The notes below the pieces were generated by a model. That model worked only from the letters and a program-made list of their open reading frames with translations, searched no databases and was not told the origin of the DNA. The translations under genes were made by a program, and so were the position numbers. A stretch of 52,390 nucleotides of DNA from an uncultured Planctomycetales bacterium (GTDB taxonomy: Bacteria; Omnitrophota; Gorgyraeia; Gygaellales; Profunditerraquicolaceae): positions 1-52,390 of the forward strand of contig CAYHAI010000012.1 of the NCBI GenBank assembly GCA_964354585.1, written 5' to 3'. Below are positions 1 through 10,268 of the stretch, piece by piece. The first letter of the stretch is position 1; every line of letters begins with the position of its first letter.

Positions 1-417
1 GGAATAGGTCTCATGATACACAACCCACTTTGATGTAGGTTTGGGCATATGCCATTCGTTGCTCGACAAACGAAACAAAAAAGGTTTTTTACCGCCTGAT
101 TTACCCATCTTAATCGAACGGACTAACCTGCCGTTATTATCAAAAATACAAACCGTCATCGTACCTTCAACAACATGATAAGATTCACTTTTTCCTTTAG
201 GGTGCCGATGGGGTGGTATAAAAGTGTCTTTATGGGCCACGATAAGCATTTCCTGGGTTTGATGCGCCGTTGAATGATGCATACAAAGCCTGAAACGTTT
301 ACGCGGTGATGCCAAAGCTCTTCGTTTAAGGTCATTGATGACCTTGGCTGTTATCACCAGTATATCTTGATTATTATAAATTGTTTCTCTCATCTCTCCC
401 ATATCAGATATCTCCAT
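1..417 (-). CDS. WbuC-family cupin-fold metalloprotein (partial, runs off window start)
   Basis: Not in the ORF track; translated by hand: MEISDMGEMRETIYN...SPRKRFRLCMHHS...QEMLI...IPPHRHPKGKSESYHVVEG...EWHMP...VYHE. The PHRH..K.E, WH and YHE motifs are typical of WbuC-type cupins in polysaccharide loci. Alternative start at 393. Confidence 0.8.
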   Translation of the reverse strand, partial: MEISDMGEMRETIYNNQDILVITAKVINDLKRRALASPRKRFRLCMHHSTAHQTQEMLIVAHKDTFIPPHRHPKGKSESYHVVEGTMTVCIFDNNGRLVRSIKMGKSGGKKPFLFRLSSNEWHMPKPTSKWVVYHETYS

Positions 418-438
418 AACTACTCAAAAAAGACTCGC

Positions 439-1350
439 CTAAACGAACCCATTAGGGACTGATTTAATATCTGCTATATGCTGATCAAGTAATTCGATTT
501 TTTGACGGATAATCTCTTTGGGGGGCCTAAAATTCATACCCAATGATGATATGGCAAATGAATTATCCAGATGATTACAACGGCCCCGCGGTTCAGAATA
601 AGGGATATCCGAAAATAAAACAACTTTGTAAGCCATCAAATCCTTATATTTGCTAAAATTCATTATCAATGAGGCGAGTTCAGTACGAACAATAGAGGGG
701 TTACTAGCGAGGTGGCAAACTCTTATCCCGGGATTATCGCAAAGCCTCAATAGGCCTTCAACTGTGTCTCTAACATCAATTATAGAAAAAATATTGTCTT
801 TTGCCATTTTGGCTTCTGGATGGATTAATGTATTATAAGTCAGCTTAATCACGCAACGGTCATTAAAATCCCAACCGACATTCCAACCCGTACGGACGAT
901 GCAACTTTTACCTCCTTTTTCAATCAAATAGTTTTCAATTTCAAATTTCATCTTACCATATAAATTAATTGGCCTTGGTGATGATTTCTCATTATAATTT
1001 CCCTGCTCTCCATCAAAAACTTCAACTGACGACATAAAAATAAGACGGGCGCCAACCTCAAAAACTTCGTTGATAAGCCGCTTTGTGGCAAAAAGGTTAA
1101 GCTGGAAAGCTTCATCTTGATTATTATATATCCAGGAGGGATTGCTGTAGGCAGACAAAAGACATACTACATCACTAGAGTTAATGTCCGGTAAAACAGA
1201 TCGTAACGACTGAGATCGCATATCATAACTAACCAGCTCTTCATTCTTTCTAATATTGCATGTACCAACCACCCTTCGTCCTGAGGCCCTGGCCGCAGCG
1301 TATAGATTTCGGCCAATTAACCCAGAAGCCCCAATAATAACAATACGCAT
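439..1350 (-). CDS. RmlD-like NDP-4-keto-sugar reductase (extended SDR)
   Basis: GASGLIG Rossmann motif, FMSSVEVFDG, YNEKSSPRPINLYGKMK (YxxxK) resemble the dTDP-4-dehydrorhamnose reductase family. Confidence 0.8.
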   Translation of the reverse strand: MRIVIIGASGLIGRNLYAAARASGRRVVGTCNIRKNEELVSYDMRSQSLRSVLPDINSSDVVCLLSAYSNPSWIYNNQDEAFQLNLFATKRLINEVFEVGARLIFMSSVEVFDGEQGNYNEKSSPRPINLYGKMKFEIENYLIEKGGKSCIVRTGWNVGWDFNDRCVIKLTYNTLIHPEAKMAKDNIFSIIDVRDTVEGLLRLCDNPGIRVCHLASNPSIVRTELASLIMNFSKYKDLMAYKVVLFSDIPYSEPRGRCNHLDNSFAISSLGMNFRPPKEIIRQKIELLDQHIADIKSVPNGFV

Positions 1351-1362
1351 AAAATTAACCTT

Positions 1363-2292
1363 CTATGTTTTCTCCAATAGTTGTCTGGATTTTTCTAAAA
1401 TTACTTCCTCTGAAAAACCTAATCTTTTACAATGTTGCTCATAAGTTCCGTATTCATGAATAAATTTATCTCCCGTATTTATTGATTCGTATTTAACGCC
1501 GCCTAAATTCCTTGTGCATCTTAGGACTTCCTCAAAGACCCCTCCATACATACTATGCTCTTCAATAGTAAGACAATGCTTTGTCTTTGATAAGCTCTCT
1601 TTTACTATACCCTCATCAAATGGCTTAATTGTATGAATATAAATTATCTCAACCGATATCCCATTCTGTTTTAAAAGTTCTACCGCATTGATTGCTGTTT
1701 TTAACTGTGACCCTACAGCGATAATAGTGAGGTCACTGCCTTCTTTAATCCTAATACCTTTTCCGAATTGTATCTCGGCATCATCAAACATAATATCGTG
1801 TTGGTGCTTAGCTATGCGTATATAATTAGGCAAACCGTTATTATAAGTTTGCTTAAAAAGCAAATTGAACTCTTTGCAACTTGCCGGATACATAATCTGC
1901 ATTCCTTGGACATTTTTTAATAAGGCAAAATCGTCGTAGCAATGGTGTGTGCAACCGTGCGTGCTATAATCAAAAACGCTCCCTATAGATATAAGATTAA
2001 CCCCTAATTTTTGATATCCAAAATTAAGTTTAATTTGTTCAAAAGAACGCTCGATTAAAAAGGGGGTGAACGTATGAACTACAGGAAAAAATCCTAATTT
2101 GGCAAGTCCTGCTGCCATATTTATAACGGTAGGCTCACAAATACCAACATTATAAAATCTTTCGGGATATGCCTTAGCAAAAGGCTGAAGGATAAAATAA
2201 CTAATATCCGCTATAAGAACCACGAGATTATCGTCTTTTTGTCCAACCTCAAGCATTGTATCAGCAAATTCCTGTCTAATTGTTTTACTCAT
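1363..2292 (-). CDS. Split transketolase, C-terminal (pyrimidine-binding + C-terminal) subunit, copy 2
   Basis: RFYNVGICEP, RSFEQIK, GCTHH, HTIKPFD and TIEEHS..GG motifs. Confidence 0.9.
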   Translation of the reverse strand: MSKTIRQEFADTMLEVGQKDDNLVVLIADISYFILQPFAKAYPERFYNVGICEPTVINMAAGLAKLGFFPVVHTFTPFLIERSFEQIKLNFGYQKLGVNLISIGSVFDYSTHGCTHHCYDDFALLKNVQGMQIMYPASCKEFNLLFKQTYNNGLPNYIRIAKHQHDIMFDDAEIQFGKGIRIKEGSDLTIIAVGSQLKTAINAVELLKQNGISVEIIYIHTIKPFDEGIVKESLSKTKHCLTIEEHSMYGGVFEEVLRCTRNLGGVKYESINTGDKFIHEYGTYEQHCKRLGFSEEVILEKSRQLLEKT

Positions 2293-3113
2293 TGTAACTC
2301 ATTCCTTATTTTTTGCATCTCTTCATCGGAAGGTATCCTGTAATGCCAAGGGCCATGGCCTTCTATAAAACTTACCCCTTTGCCTTTTATGGTATGCGCA
2401 ATAATTACCTTTGGTAACGTATTGTAGGCAAAAATTATTTTTCTAAACGCACTTTCTATTTCTTCCTCAGAATGCCCGTCAATTTCATAAGCTTCCCATC
2501 CAAAAGATTCCCACTTCTGCTTCATGTTAGGAATAGGTAAAATCTGCTCAGCAGACTTATTATTATCAACAACTATACACAAATTTCCTAATTTGAGGTG
2601 GGCGCCTACTAGAGCCGTTTCCCATACAGCTCCTTCGTTACACTCTCCATCTCCTACTAATGCAATGACTCTATTTTCTTTCTTTCTGATTTTAAGTCCT
2701 AAAGCAATGCCCATGGCTGTAACTAAACCATGGCCCAAAGAACCTGTAGAGGCTTCAATCCCGGGCACTTTTGTACAATCGGGATGCCCGCCTAAAATTC
2801 CTTCTTCGCTGCTTTTCTTCTGTAAATCATCTTCCGTTACAAATCCATACTTTTGTAATACCACATATAAAGCACAGCAACCGTGTCCCTTACTTAAAAT
2901 AAAATAATCTCTTTCTTCCCAATTAGGATTCTTACAATCATATTTAAGAAAATTCCCATAAAGGAAATCAAGAATGTCAATAATTGAGAATGAACTGGGA
3001 ATATGGCCTTCTCCTGCATTTTTAATTACTTCTGCTATTTTTATTCTTAATTCTTTATTCATTTTTACCTTAACTTTATAGACCAAAAAAACATCTTCCT
3101 TGCCCGCCATCAA
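2289..3113 (-). CDS. Split transketolase, N-terminal TPP-binding subunit, copy 2 (true start probably 3062, MNKELR)
   Basis: GHIPSSFS, DYFILSKGH, STGSLGHG, GDGECNEG..WE TPP motif, HTIKGKGVSF..WH. Confidence 0.9.
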   Translation of the reverse strand: MMAGKEDVFLVYKVKVKMNKELRIKIAEVIKNAGEGHIPSSFSIIDILDFLYGNFLKYDCKNPNWEERDYFILSKGHGCCALYVVLQKYGFVTEDDLQKKSSEEGILGGHPDCTKVPGIEASTGSLGHGLVTAMGIALGLKIRKKENRVIALVGDGECNEGAVWETALVGAHLKLGNLCIVVDNNKSAEQILPIPNMKQKWESFGWEAYEIDGHSEEEIESAFRKIIFAYNTLPKVIIAHTIKGKGVSFIEGHGPWHYRIPSDEEMQKIRNELQ

Positions 3114-3852
3114 CAGGAACTATCGATCCTACGCAAAAAGAAGCATGTTCAGAACAAAAAAAGGCTACAAGGGTCGCAACCTCATCGACTTTGCCAAAAC
3201 GATTAATCGCAACTCTTTCTTTAAGAAACTTTTTTACGTGCTCCGGCCTTGTTTGAGACGTAATATCCCAATAACCTTTTTCTGTAAATACTGGGCCAGG
3301 CAAAATGTCAACCATGATAATCCCATCGGGTGCAACAACCCGAGCCATGCTACGAGTGTATGCTGACACCGCAGCCTTTACGGAACAAAAGGGAACGGGA
3401 CCTTGATTTTCCATCGCAGCAATTGAGGAAATACTAATAATTCTACCCCATTTTTTTTCTTTCATATAAGGTATAACTAAATTATTAATCTCAATTGCCA
3501 CCTCCATATTAATCCGCCATAATTTTCTCCAATCATCAGTTGTACAAAAGGGATCTTTGATATTAAGAGAATCCCCTAAATTATTTACCACAATGTCAGG
3601 ATGGCCAATCTTTCTTTGTATTTTTGAGATGACTTTCTGCGGCATGCCTTCTTTTGTTAAATCACAAGCTATTGCATAATGCCCTTTTTCTTGCCCTCCC
3701 ATATCTTTCACAAGATTATCTAGGTCTGTTTTAGTTCTTGAAACAACAATTAATCGTACGCCTTCTTTAGCGAGATTCATCGCTATTCCGCGCCCTATTC
3801 CCCGTCCAGCTCCCGTAATTAATGCGATTTTCCCTTTTATTTTTAAATCCAT
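3076..3852 (-). CDS. Classical SDR oxidoreductase (FabG-like)
   Basis: TGAGRGIG, VVNNLG, ISSIAA, C-terminal VDGG. The catalytic YxxxK position reads FCSVK. Confidence 0.85.
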   Translation of the reverse strand: MDLKIKGKIALITGAGRGIGRGIAMNLAKEGVRLIVVSRTKTDLDNLVKDMGGQEKGHYAIACDLTKEGMPQKVISKIQRKIGHPDIVVNNLGDSLNIKDPFCTTDDWRKLWRINMEVAIEINNLVIPYMKEKKWGRIISISSIAAMENQGPVPFCSVKAAVSAYTRSMARVVAPDGIIMVDILPGPVFTEKGYWDITSQTRPEHVKKFLKERVAINRFGKVDEVATLVAFFCSEHASFCVGSIVPVDGGQGRCFFGL

Positions 3853-3871
3853 CTATTGAACCCCTCCTTCA

Positions 3872-5104
3872 TTAAATTAAATTAAGCGGTATAATTATCT
3901 GCTTTGTTTCTATCTCTATTAATCTCTTAATAATCGCCCGTGCAGTCTGTAAGGAGTTTATCGCAGTAACAAGAAACACAGAGTTTTTGAAATCGCTGAT
4001 TCCATCTAAATGTTTTATCTGAATAGGTAAATTAATATAATACAAACCATCTTTGTTTTTATCATCGTCTATAATGCATTTTATCATTTTTAATCCACCA
4101 AGGTGATAATCTAAAACGGGAAGCATTAAAGCAGCCCCGTATCCATAAATCTTCTCATCTTTCAAGGATTCTAACTGCCTCTTTGTTATATCCATACAAT
4201 CTTTAAAAATTGAGTAGTGCTTAAGAATTTTTTCATTTGATATGTGTATTAAAAATTTAGCAATTTTATCATGTGGAACAACATTATTTTTGTTTTTTTT
4301 CTTGAAAGCAATCATTAAGGTACCCCAATGATAAGGATTTATTTTAAAATCAATTAATTCTGCCCCTAATTCATTTAACATATAAACCACAGATTTAAGG
4401 GAGAAATAATTAAGATGTTGATGAAATACCTGATCAAATCTACTACTTTGTATTAATGCTTCTAAACTTGGGAATTGAAAGAAAAATAGCGTATTAGAAG
4501 TAGCATTAGCAATTACTCTCTGGATTAATTCTTTTGGCTCCCCAATATGCTCCAACGTATGACTGCTCAAAACCACATCTATTTTGCCATTTATTTTTTT
4601 TAAATCTACATTTTCAAAAAAATCACCTATTATTTCTATCTTCTCGTCTCGAAACTGCTTTTCTTTACCGATTAATATAGGGTCAATACCGTATAATTTA
4701 TCTGCTCTCTTCCGTAATTTTTTAAGTGTATATAAATCATTACATCCGATTTCTACTATATTTTTGACAGGCCTCCCCTTAAGGATATTATCTATAAATT
4801 CTAAAAACACATTTATGGCAGCTACGGCTGAAGAACTTATCGAGGTTCTGGTAACATACCATCTTCCATAAAGAAATTCTGAATCAATTATATTTGATAT
4901 TTGTCCGTGTCCGCAGTTTTTACAAAAATGAAAGTTCTGATCCACAAATCCGACTTTTTCATTAATTTTCTTTTTGATATAAATTTCTGTTATTGGGAAA
5001 TCAGGCAATTCGATTACTGGGCTACCCAATTTTTGTCCACAAACAACACAATGCCTACGTTTCTTGAAAGGAATATTTTTAAACTTGCTAATGTCTATAT
5101 TCAT
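3872..5104 (-). CDS. NDP-hexose C-methyltransferase-like class I SAM methyltransferase
   Basis: N-terminal zinc site (CVVC...CKNC), EIGCND SAM motif, HTLEH, FDQVFHQHLNYFS, C-terminal YGYGA domain typical of sugar C3-methyltransferases. Confidence 0.8.
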   Translation of the reverse strand: MNIDISKFKNIPFKKRRHCVVCGQKLGSPVIELPDFPITEIYIKKKINEKVGFVDQNFHFCKNCGHGQISNIIDSEFLYGRWYVTRTSISSSAVAAINVFLEFIDNILKGRPVKNIVEIGCNDLYTLKKLRKRADKLYGIDPILIGKEKQFRDEKIEIIGDFFENVDLKKINGKIDVVLSSHTLEHIGEPKELIQRVIANATSNTLFFFQFPSLEALIQSSRFDQVFHQHLNYFSLKSVVYMLNELGAELIDFKINPYHWGTLMIAFKKKNKNNVVPHDKIAKFLIHISNEKILKHYSIFKDCMDITKRQLESLKDEKIYGYGAALMLPVLDYHLGGLKMIKCIIDDDKNKDGLYYINLPIQIKHLDGISDFKNSVFLVTAINSLQTARAIIKRLIEIETKQIIIPLNLI

Positions 5105-5107
5105 TTA

Positions 5108-6178
5108 TTAAACAAACTCTAAATGTTCCTTATCTGCATTGAGGTACTCTAAGATAAGTTTATTATTTGTATTTACTGCGCAGTGGTGGTTACAGTACAG
5201 GGAAGGATTGATTTTAAAAAACTTCTTCTTATCAGAAAACCAAAAAAATTTGAACCGACAATTCTTAATAGACCCGAGGGACCCTGTATCAAGATTGTAT
5301 GCTTTATCATGGCAGGCATATATATTAAGGTCGGCACCTATCACCGGAAGAATTTGCAGATATGGACACCATTGATAATCCTTTTTAAATTTCTGGTCCA
5401 ATTCATGATAGGCATCATATAATTCAAAGTTATCATCTGCTAAATTTAGAACGCTTTTTTCAATCTGCTCTTTTACCTTAAGAAAAATAGGTTTATGATA
5501 TTGATTGTTCTCTTTTGCGTCATTACTAACTATACACGGTGAAATCTTTACGCTATCCACACCGGTACTTTTGAGTCTTTTAATAAACTTGTATATATGG
5601 GCTGCGTTTTTCCTGTCCACTATTAAGCATATTCCTAAATAGCACTTCCCTCCCAAGTTCTTGAACTGTTCCATATTGTTCATTACTTTAGTGAACTCAC
5701 CCTTCCTCACTCCTCGGTAGGCAGCATAACTTTCATCATCCCAACCGTCTATAGAAATGCGCAGCCACATTCCATGATAAGCAAAAATCTCGGCTAACTC
5801 ACCCTCCAAAAGGGCACCGTGGGTTAAGGCGGCAAACTTCACGGCAGTATTGGATAATTTCTTTAGCGCATCCAGCAAATAAGGATAGCAAAAAGGTTCT
5901 CCTCCTCCGCTGAAGGTAACAGATTTGACTCCCATATCTTTTATGTCATCGATTATCTCTAGCATTTTTTCTTTGGGGATCAGATCTTTTAAGTTCATAT
6001 CCTTGCCGAGCTGCAAATTATCCGCCCTGTAGGCACAATACCAGCAATTATGATTGCAGGCATTTATCGGCTTTATCCTAATATGTATAGGGGGTAGTAT
6101 CTTATCGACATCAAAAGGAAGTGAATCTATCTTCTCCTTAAAATGAAAAATTTTCATTTTTGTATACAAAAGTTTCAT
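5108..6178 (-). CDS. Radical SAM protein with C-terminal SPASM/twitch-like domain
   Basis: CNHNCWYC (CxxxCxxC), FSGGGEP, C-terminal CPY...YAC...CNHHC. Confidence 0.9.
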   Translation of the reverse strand: MKLLYTKMKIFHFKEKIDSLPFDVDKILPPIHIRIKPINACNHNCWYCAYRADNLQLGKDMNLKDLIPKEKMLEIIDDIKDMGVKSVTFSGGGEPFCYPYLLDALKKLSNTAVKFAALTHGALLEGELAEIFAYHGMWLRISIDGWDDESYAAYRGVRKGEFTKVMNNMEQFKNLGGKCYLGICLIVDRKNAAHIYKFIKRLKSTGVDSVKISPCIVSNDAKENNQYHKPIFLKVKEQIEKSVLNLADDNFELYDAYHELDQKFKKDYQWCPYLQILPVIGADLNIYACHDKAYNLDTGSLGSIKNCRFKFFWFSDKKKFFKINPSLYCNHHCAVNTNNKLILEYLNADKEHLEFV

Positions 6179-6192
6179 AAAAAATCCTTTAT

Positions 6193-6855
6193 TTATTCAA
6201 AGTATATAAATTCATAATCGCCCGTATATCCAAATTCATTAAATAGCCATAACCATTCTTCAGGCTTAAAGAATCCCCTGCAAGTCAAGGCCCAGCATTG
6301 GAGATTAAATAGTTCTTTTTCATTTCGATAACTCTCTACGAGAATATATCTATTTTTAGCGACCCTCTCTATTTCTTTTAAGGCCGATTTCAATTCATTT
6401 ATATAGAGATTATGCAGAGCGGCCAAAGATACAACCAAATCAAATTCCTTGTCTTTAAAGGGATAACTGTCTTGGGCTCTGTGGATGAACAGAGAACTTT
6501 TTATTTCTGGTTTCGCATTTTCTATGGCGTAGTTTGACACATCAAAGCCTGCAATTTTTGCAGCGGACAAAATTTTCTTAAATTCATATAATAAAAACCC
6601 CTTCCCGCATCCTACGTCCAATATTTTGGCATTCGCAGGCAAACTATAAATCCCGGCCAGTTCCCTCGCCACAGGCCCCCATCTTCCATCGTATTTATAC
6701 CCTCCGTAGCCAAACTTTCTCTCACCATCCCAATATTCTTTTCCATATCGCCTGGCCACCTCCATACATCTTACCTTATCATCATTCATTCTCCCCAGGT
6801 AGTCCCTTTTTGTCATCTTATGCAAAGAGGTCACAACATTTAATAACCGACTCAT
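6193..6855 (-). CDS. Class I SAM-dependent methyltransferase
   Basis: ILDVGCGKG, FDLVVS...LHN; N-terminal YWDG...YGGYKYDGRW segment seen in methyltransferases of polysaccharide loci. Confidence 0.85.
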   Translation of the reverse strand: MSRLLNVVTSLHKMTKRDYLGRMNDDKVRCMEVARRYGKEYWDGERKFGYGGYKYDGRWGPVARELAGIYSLPANAKILDVGCGKGFLLYEFKKILSAAKIAGFDVSNYAIENAKPEIKSSLFIHRAQDSYPFKDKEFDLVVSLAALHNLYINELKSALKEIERVAKNRYILVESYRNEKELFNLQCWALTCRGFFKPEEWLWLFNEFGYTGDYEFIYFE

Positions 6856-6857
6856 GG

Positions 6858-7781
6858 TTAAACCTCCAGTAAGCTCTTCGCAGCTCTTATAATATCTACC
6901 TTAGAAAGCCTATTTATCTCTTTCAAATCTTGGTAAGTTCCATACCCTACAGGGAAAGCATCGTCTAACCCTAACCGCTTGAATTTAATAGGCACTTTAT
7001 TATTTTCAAGCACAACCTCGGCAACGGCGCTACCCAAACCACCCAAAACTGTATGTTCCTCAACGGTCAATATGGCTTTTGTGTCGTAAGCTGCCCTGAG
7101 AACAATTTCCTTATCAATGGGCTTTAAGGTGTGAATATTTATTACCCTTACAGAGATACCCAGGCTCTTTAGCTCATCTGCCGCCTGCAAAACTTCATGC
7201 AATATGGCGCCAGTTGCGATAATAGCCAAACCGCTACCTTCCCGTAAAACTACCCCACGGCCCACCTTAAATTCATAGTCTCTTTCATAAATTCTCGGGG
7301 TTCCGGCAGTAGCCAGTCGCAGATATACAGGACCGTTAATCTGTGCCGCCGCAATTGTGGCTTTCCTGGCCTCTAATGGGTCAGCAGGAGAAAATATGGT
7401 CATATTAGGCAGAGCCCGCATAAGGGCAATGTCTTCCGTGGCCTGATGGGTAGGGCCCAAATTGCTATATACAAAACCGGCGCCAATCCCAACCAGTTTA
7501 ACGTTCATCTTTTGTAAACAAACGTCATCCCGAATCTGCTCAAATGCCCGCATAGTAATAAAACAAGCTATAGTGTAGGCAAAAGGAATCTTGCCGCAGG
7601 AAGCCAATCCAGCAGCAATACTGACCATGTTCGCCTCTGAGATGCCACAATTCAAAAATCGATCGGGGAATTCTCGGCGGTATTCGTCATAAACAATAGC
7701 GCCATTATCAGCAACTAAAACCAGAATCTGTTTATTTTCCCTGGCTAAATCATGCAATGCCGATATATATGCTTTTCTCAT
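6858..7781 (-). CDS. Split transketolase, C-terminal subunit, copy 1
   Basis: NCGISEANMV, RAFEQIR, GPTHQATED, HTLKPID, TVEEH..GGLGSAVAE. Confidence 0.92.
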   Translation of the reverse strand: MRKAYISALHDLARENKQILVLVADNGAIVYDEYRREFPDRFLNCGISEANMVSIAAGLASCGKIPFAYTIACFITMRAFEQIRDDVCLQKMNVKLVGIGAGFVYSNLGPTHQATEDIALMRALPNMTIFSPADPLEARKATIAAAQINGPVYLRLATAGTPRIYERDYEFKVGRGVVLREGSGLAIIATGAILHEVLQAADELKSLGISVRVINIHTLKPIDKEIVLRAAYDTKAILTVEEHTVLGGLGSAVAEVVLENNKVPIKFKRLGLDDAFPVGYGTYQDLKEINRLSKVDIIRAAKSLLEV

Positions 7782-7792
7782 CGTGGCTTTTT

Positions 7793-8614
7793 CTAAAAAT
7801 ATTCCAGGCCCAGCTCATCGCAGGCAATCTTCATTTCATCGCTGTTAGGCAAACGATAATGCCAGATAGGGGCATTTTCCATAAATGAAATGCCTTTGCC
7901 CTTAATGGTATTGGCTATTATTAAACTTGGCTTCCCGAATGCAAAGGGAACGGCTTTAAAGATATCACGCAGCTTATTAATATCATGGCCGTCAACCTCT
8001 CTTACCTCCCAGCCAAATGACTTCCACTTATCAACTAAGGAATCTAAGGAAATAATTTTATCTAATCTGTCTAACGCCTGTAATTTATTGTAATCAATGA
8101 TAGCGGTCAAATTGTCTAACTTGTGTTGTGGTGCAAAAAGAGCGGTTTCCCACACAGTCCCTTCCTGACATTCTCCGTCGCCAAGCAGGACGAATACGCG
8201 ATAATCTTTTTTATCCATCTTGGCCGCAAGAGCAACTCCCGCCCCAAAAGGTAATCCATGGCCCAACGATCCCGTAGAGGCTTCTATCCCAGGCACACTA
8301 TACATATCAGGATGCCCACCTAAAATAGTGCCTGACCTGCCAAATTTATCAAGTTCTCCTTTGTCAAAAAAACCCTTGTCTGCAAGAACCGCATATAACG
8401 CAACGCCGGCATGGCCTTTACTCAATACAAACCTATCCCTTCCAGCCTCCTGGGGGTTTTGGGGATCTATTCTTAAAATACCATAATAGAGAACGGACAA
8501 TATCTCTACTATTGACAGCGAGGCTGGTATATGGCCGCCTCCGCCTTTACAAATCGTTCTGAATATCGTTTTTCTTAATTCCTTAACTTTTTTTTCTAAG
8601 TCTATCTCCTGCAT
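7793..8614 (-). CDS. Split transketolase, N-terminal TPP-binding subunit, copy 1
   Basis: GGHIPASLS, DRFVLSKGH, STGSLGHG, GDGECQEG.VWE, TIKGKG...WH. Confidence 0.92.
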   Translation of the reverse strand: MQEIDLEKKVKELRKTIFRTICKGGGGHIPASLSIVEILSVLYYGILRIDPQNPQEAGRDRFVLSKGHAGVALYAVLADKGFFDKGELDKFGRSGTILGGHPDMYSVPGIEASTGSLGHGLPFGAGVALAAKMDKKDYRVFVLLGDGECQEGTVWETALFAPQHKLDNLTAIIDYNKLQALDRLDKIISLDSLVDKWKSFGWEVREVDGHDINKLRDIFKAVPFAFGKPSLIIANTIKGKGISFMENAPIWHYRLPNSDEMKIACDELGLEYF

Positions 8615-8630
8615 ATAATTAGTCTCTTGC

Positions 8631-9629
8631 CTAAGTAAGTTTTATAGCTCGCATTGTCTTGATATTATAATATCTGATATCATCCATTGAATTGGGAATC
8701 TTATTTTGCTTAAAGGCCTCTCTCAAATCCTTTACTGCCTCTTCGATTGTATGCTTAGGCAGGAAACCTAACTCGCGTTTAATTTTCTCCGAAGAAATAT
8801 GATACGAACGGTTATCGTCAGTGGGTTTAATAACTATCTCTAGGTTCTTGTCCACAATATTACGGACAATCTCTGCCAACTCAATGACTTTTTTGTTTTC
8901 GTATCCCGTATTAAAAATCTGGCCATCAACTGCTGCATCCGGCCATTCTAAAGCCTTAATGTAAAGTTCGGCCATATCTTCTATATGGATATTCGGACGC
9001 CTCTGCTGACCTCCGAATACGGTGATTTTTTTGTTATTCACTGCCTGGTTAGTAAGGATATTTACGGTCAGGTCCAGTCTCTGCCTTGGGGAGTAACCAC
9101 ACACTGTTGCCGGCCGTACAACCAGAACGACAAATCCCGGCGCGCGTTCTTTAAGCAATATCTCTTCGCAAAGCGCCTTATATTTGGAATAATCTGTCAA
9201 CGGTTCCAAAGACATATCTTCTGTGACATTATCAGTATCTTTAACGCCATAGACACTGGAGCTTGAGGCGTAGATAAAACGGCGCACCCCATTTTTTTTG
9301 GAAATATTAACGACATCAATAAAGGCATCGTAGTTTATGGACTTACCCAGTTGTGGATCAAGCTCAAAACTCGGGTCATTGGAAATGCAGGCCAGATGAA
9401 TCAGGGCATCACAACTCGGGATGACCTGTTCTAAAAGCGGCGAATTGCGAATATCGCCCTTAATTTGCTCTAAGTTTGGATCATCTTTTACTGCCCCTAA
9501 AACATCTTCTCCAAAAATATACAAATCCAGCACCTTGACATGGTATCCCTTCTTTAACAACTTAGGCACTAATACCGCACCCACATACCCGGCTCCGCCA
9601 GTAACTAAAATATTTTTTAACTTATGCAT
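8631..9629 (-). CDS. NAD-dependent nucleotide-sugar epimerase/dehydratase (extended SDR)
   Basis: TGGAGYVG, ASSSSVYG, YSKYK, RPATVCG.SPRQRLDL. Confidence 0.9.
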   Translation of the reverse strand: MHKLKNILVTGGAGYVGAVLVPKLLKKGYHVKVLDLYIFGEDVLGAVKDDPNLEQIKGDIRNSPLLEQVIPSCDALIHLACISNDPSFELDPQLGKSINYDAFIDVVNISKKNGVRRFIYASSSSVYGVKDTDNVTEDMSLEPLTDYSKYKALCEEILLKERAPGFVVLVVRPATVCGYSPRQRLDLTVNILTNQAVNNKKITVFGGQQRRPNIHIEDMAELYIKALEWPDAAVDGQIFNTGYENKKVIELAEIVRNIVDKNLEIVIKPTDDNRSYHISSEKIKRELGFLPKHTIEEAVKDLREAFKQNKIPNSMDDIRYYNIKTMRAIKLT

Positions 9630-10268
9630 CTACGGTTTTGCCCTCATCCTGCCTCTACTTTGAAGAATAAGATCAAGGAAACAATTACAAATAGAATGGT
9701 GGATCACTTCCACCAGACCATAATTTGTCGAAGACACATAGAAATTTAATTCTCCTAATTTACTCAAGGGGTTATTCATAGAAAATCCGGAAAGGGTAAT
9801 TACTTTCATTTTCTTGCGCAGTGCCATTCTTGCTGCCTTTAGGATATTCTCAGATTTACCTGAACTACTAATAGCAATTAATACATCCCCTCCCTCACCC
9901 AGTATCTCAAGAGGTTTTTCAAATACATATTTATATCCCAAATCATTACAGATGCAGGTCAAAAGAGAGGCATCATTAAAGGTAATAGCCTTTATATGTG
10001 CGTTTTTGCAGAAATCACTAGCCATGTGGCTGGATATAGCAGCACTGGCTCCGTTACCGATAAAAATTAATTTTTTCCTAAAAGAAGATTGTTTCTGAAT
10101 AAGCTTCGCCGCATCAGCAACTCCCGCATAAAAATTGATGGATTTGCTTTGGGAGTCTTTGACCTCCACAGATTTAAACAACTTCTCGATCTGAAAGTAA
10201 TAATTTTCAGCGCGCTGTTCCATGGGTTTATCCTTTCTTTTAACGCAATAAAGTATAAATAAACTCAA
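9630..10268 (-). CDS. SIS-domain phosphosugar isomerase (GmhA-like); likely start about 10223 (MEQRAE)
   Basis: IGNGASAAISSH, NDLGY..VF, AISSSGKSENI, YGLVEVIH: GmhA-type motifs. Confidence 0.85.
   Translation of the reverse strand: MSLFILYCVKRKDKPMEQRAENYYFQIEKLFKSVEVKDSQSKSINFYAGVADAAKLIQKQSSFRKKLIFIGNGASAAISSHMASDFCKNAHIKAITFNDASLLTCICNDLGYKYVFEKPLEILGEGGDVLIAISSSGKSENILKAARMALRKKMKVITLSGFSMNNPLSKLGELNFYVSSTNYGLVEVIHHSICNCFLDLILQSRGRMRAKP

Noticed and set aside
4288-4300. Poly-A/T runs of 7-9 nt in several genes as phase-variation sites
   Set aside because: Expected at this AT content and Lys-rich coding; frames are intact.
1363-8614. Recent duplication or assembly repeat of the transketolase pair
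   Set aside because: The two copies share only motif-level similarity and differ throughout, so they are old paralogs.
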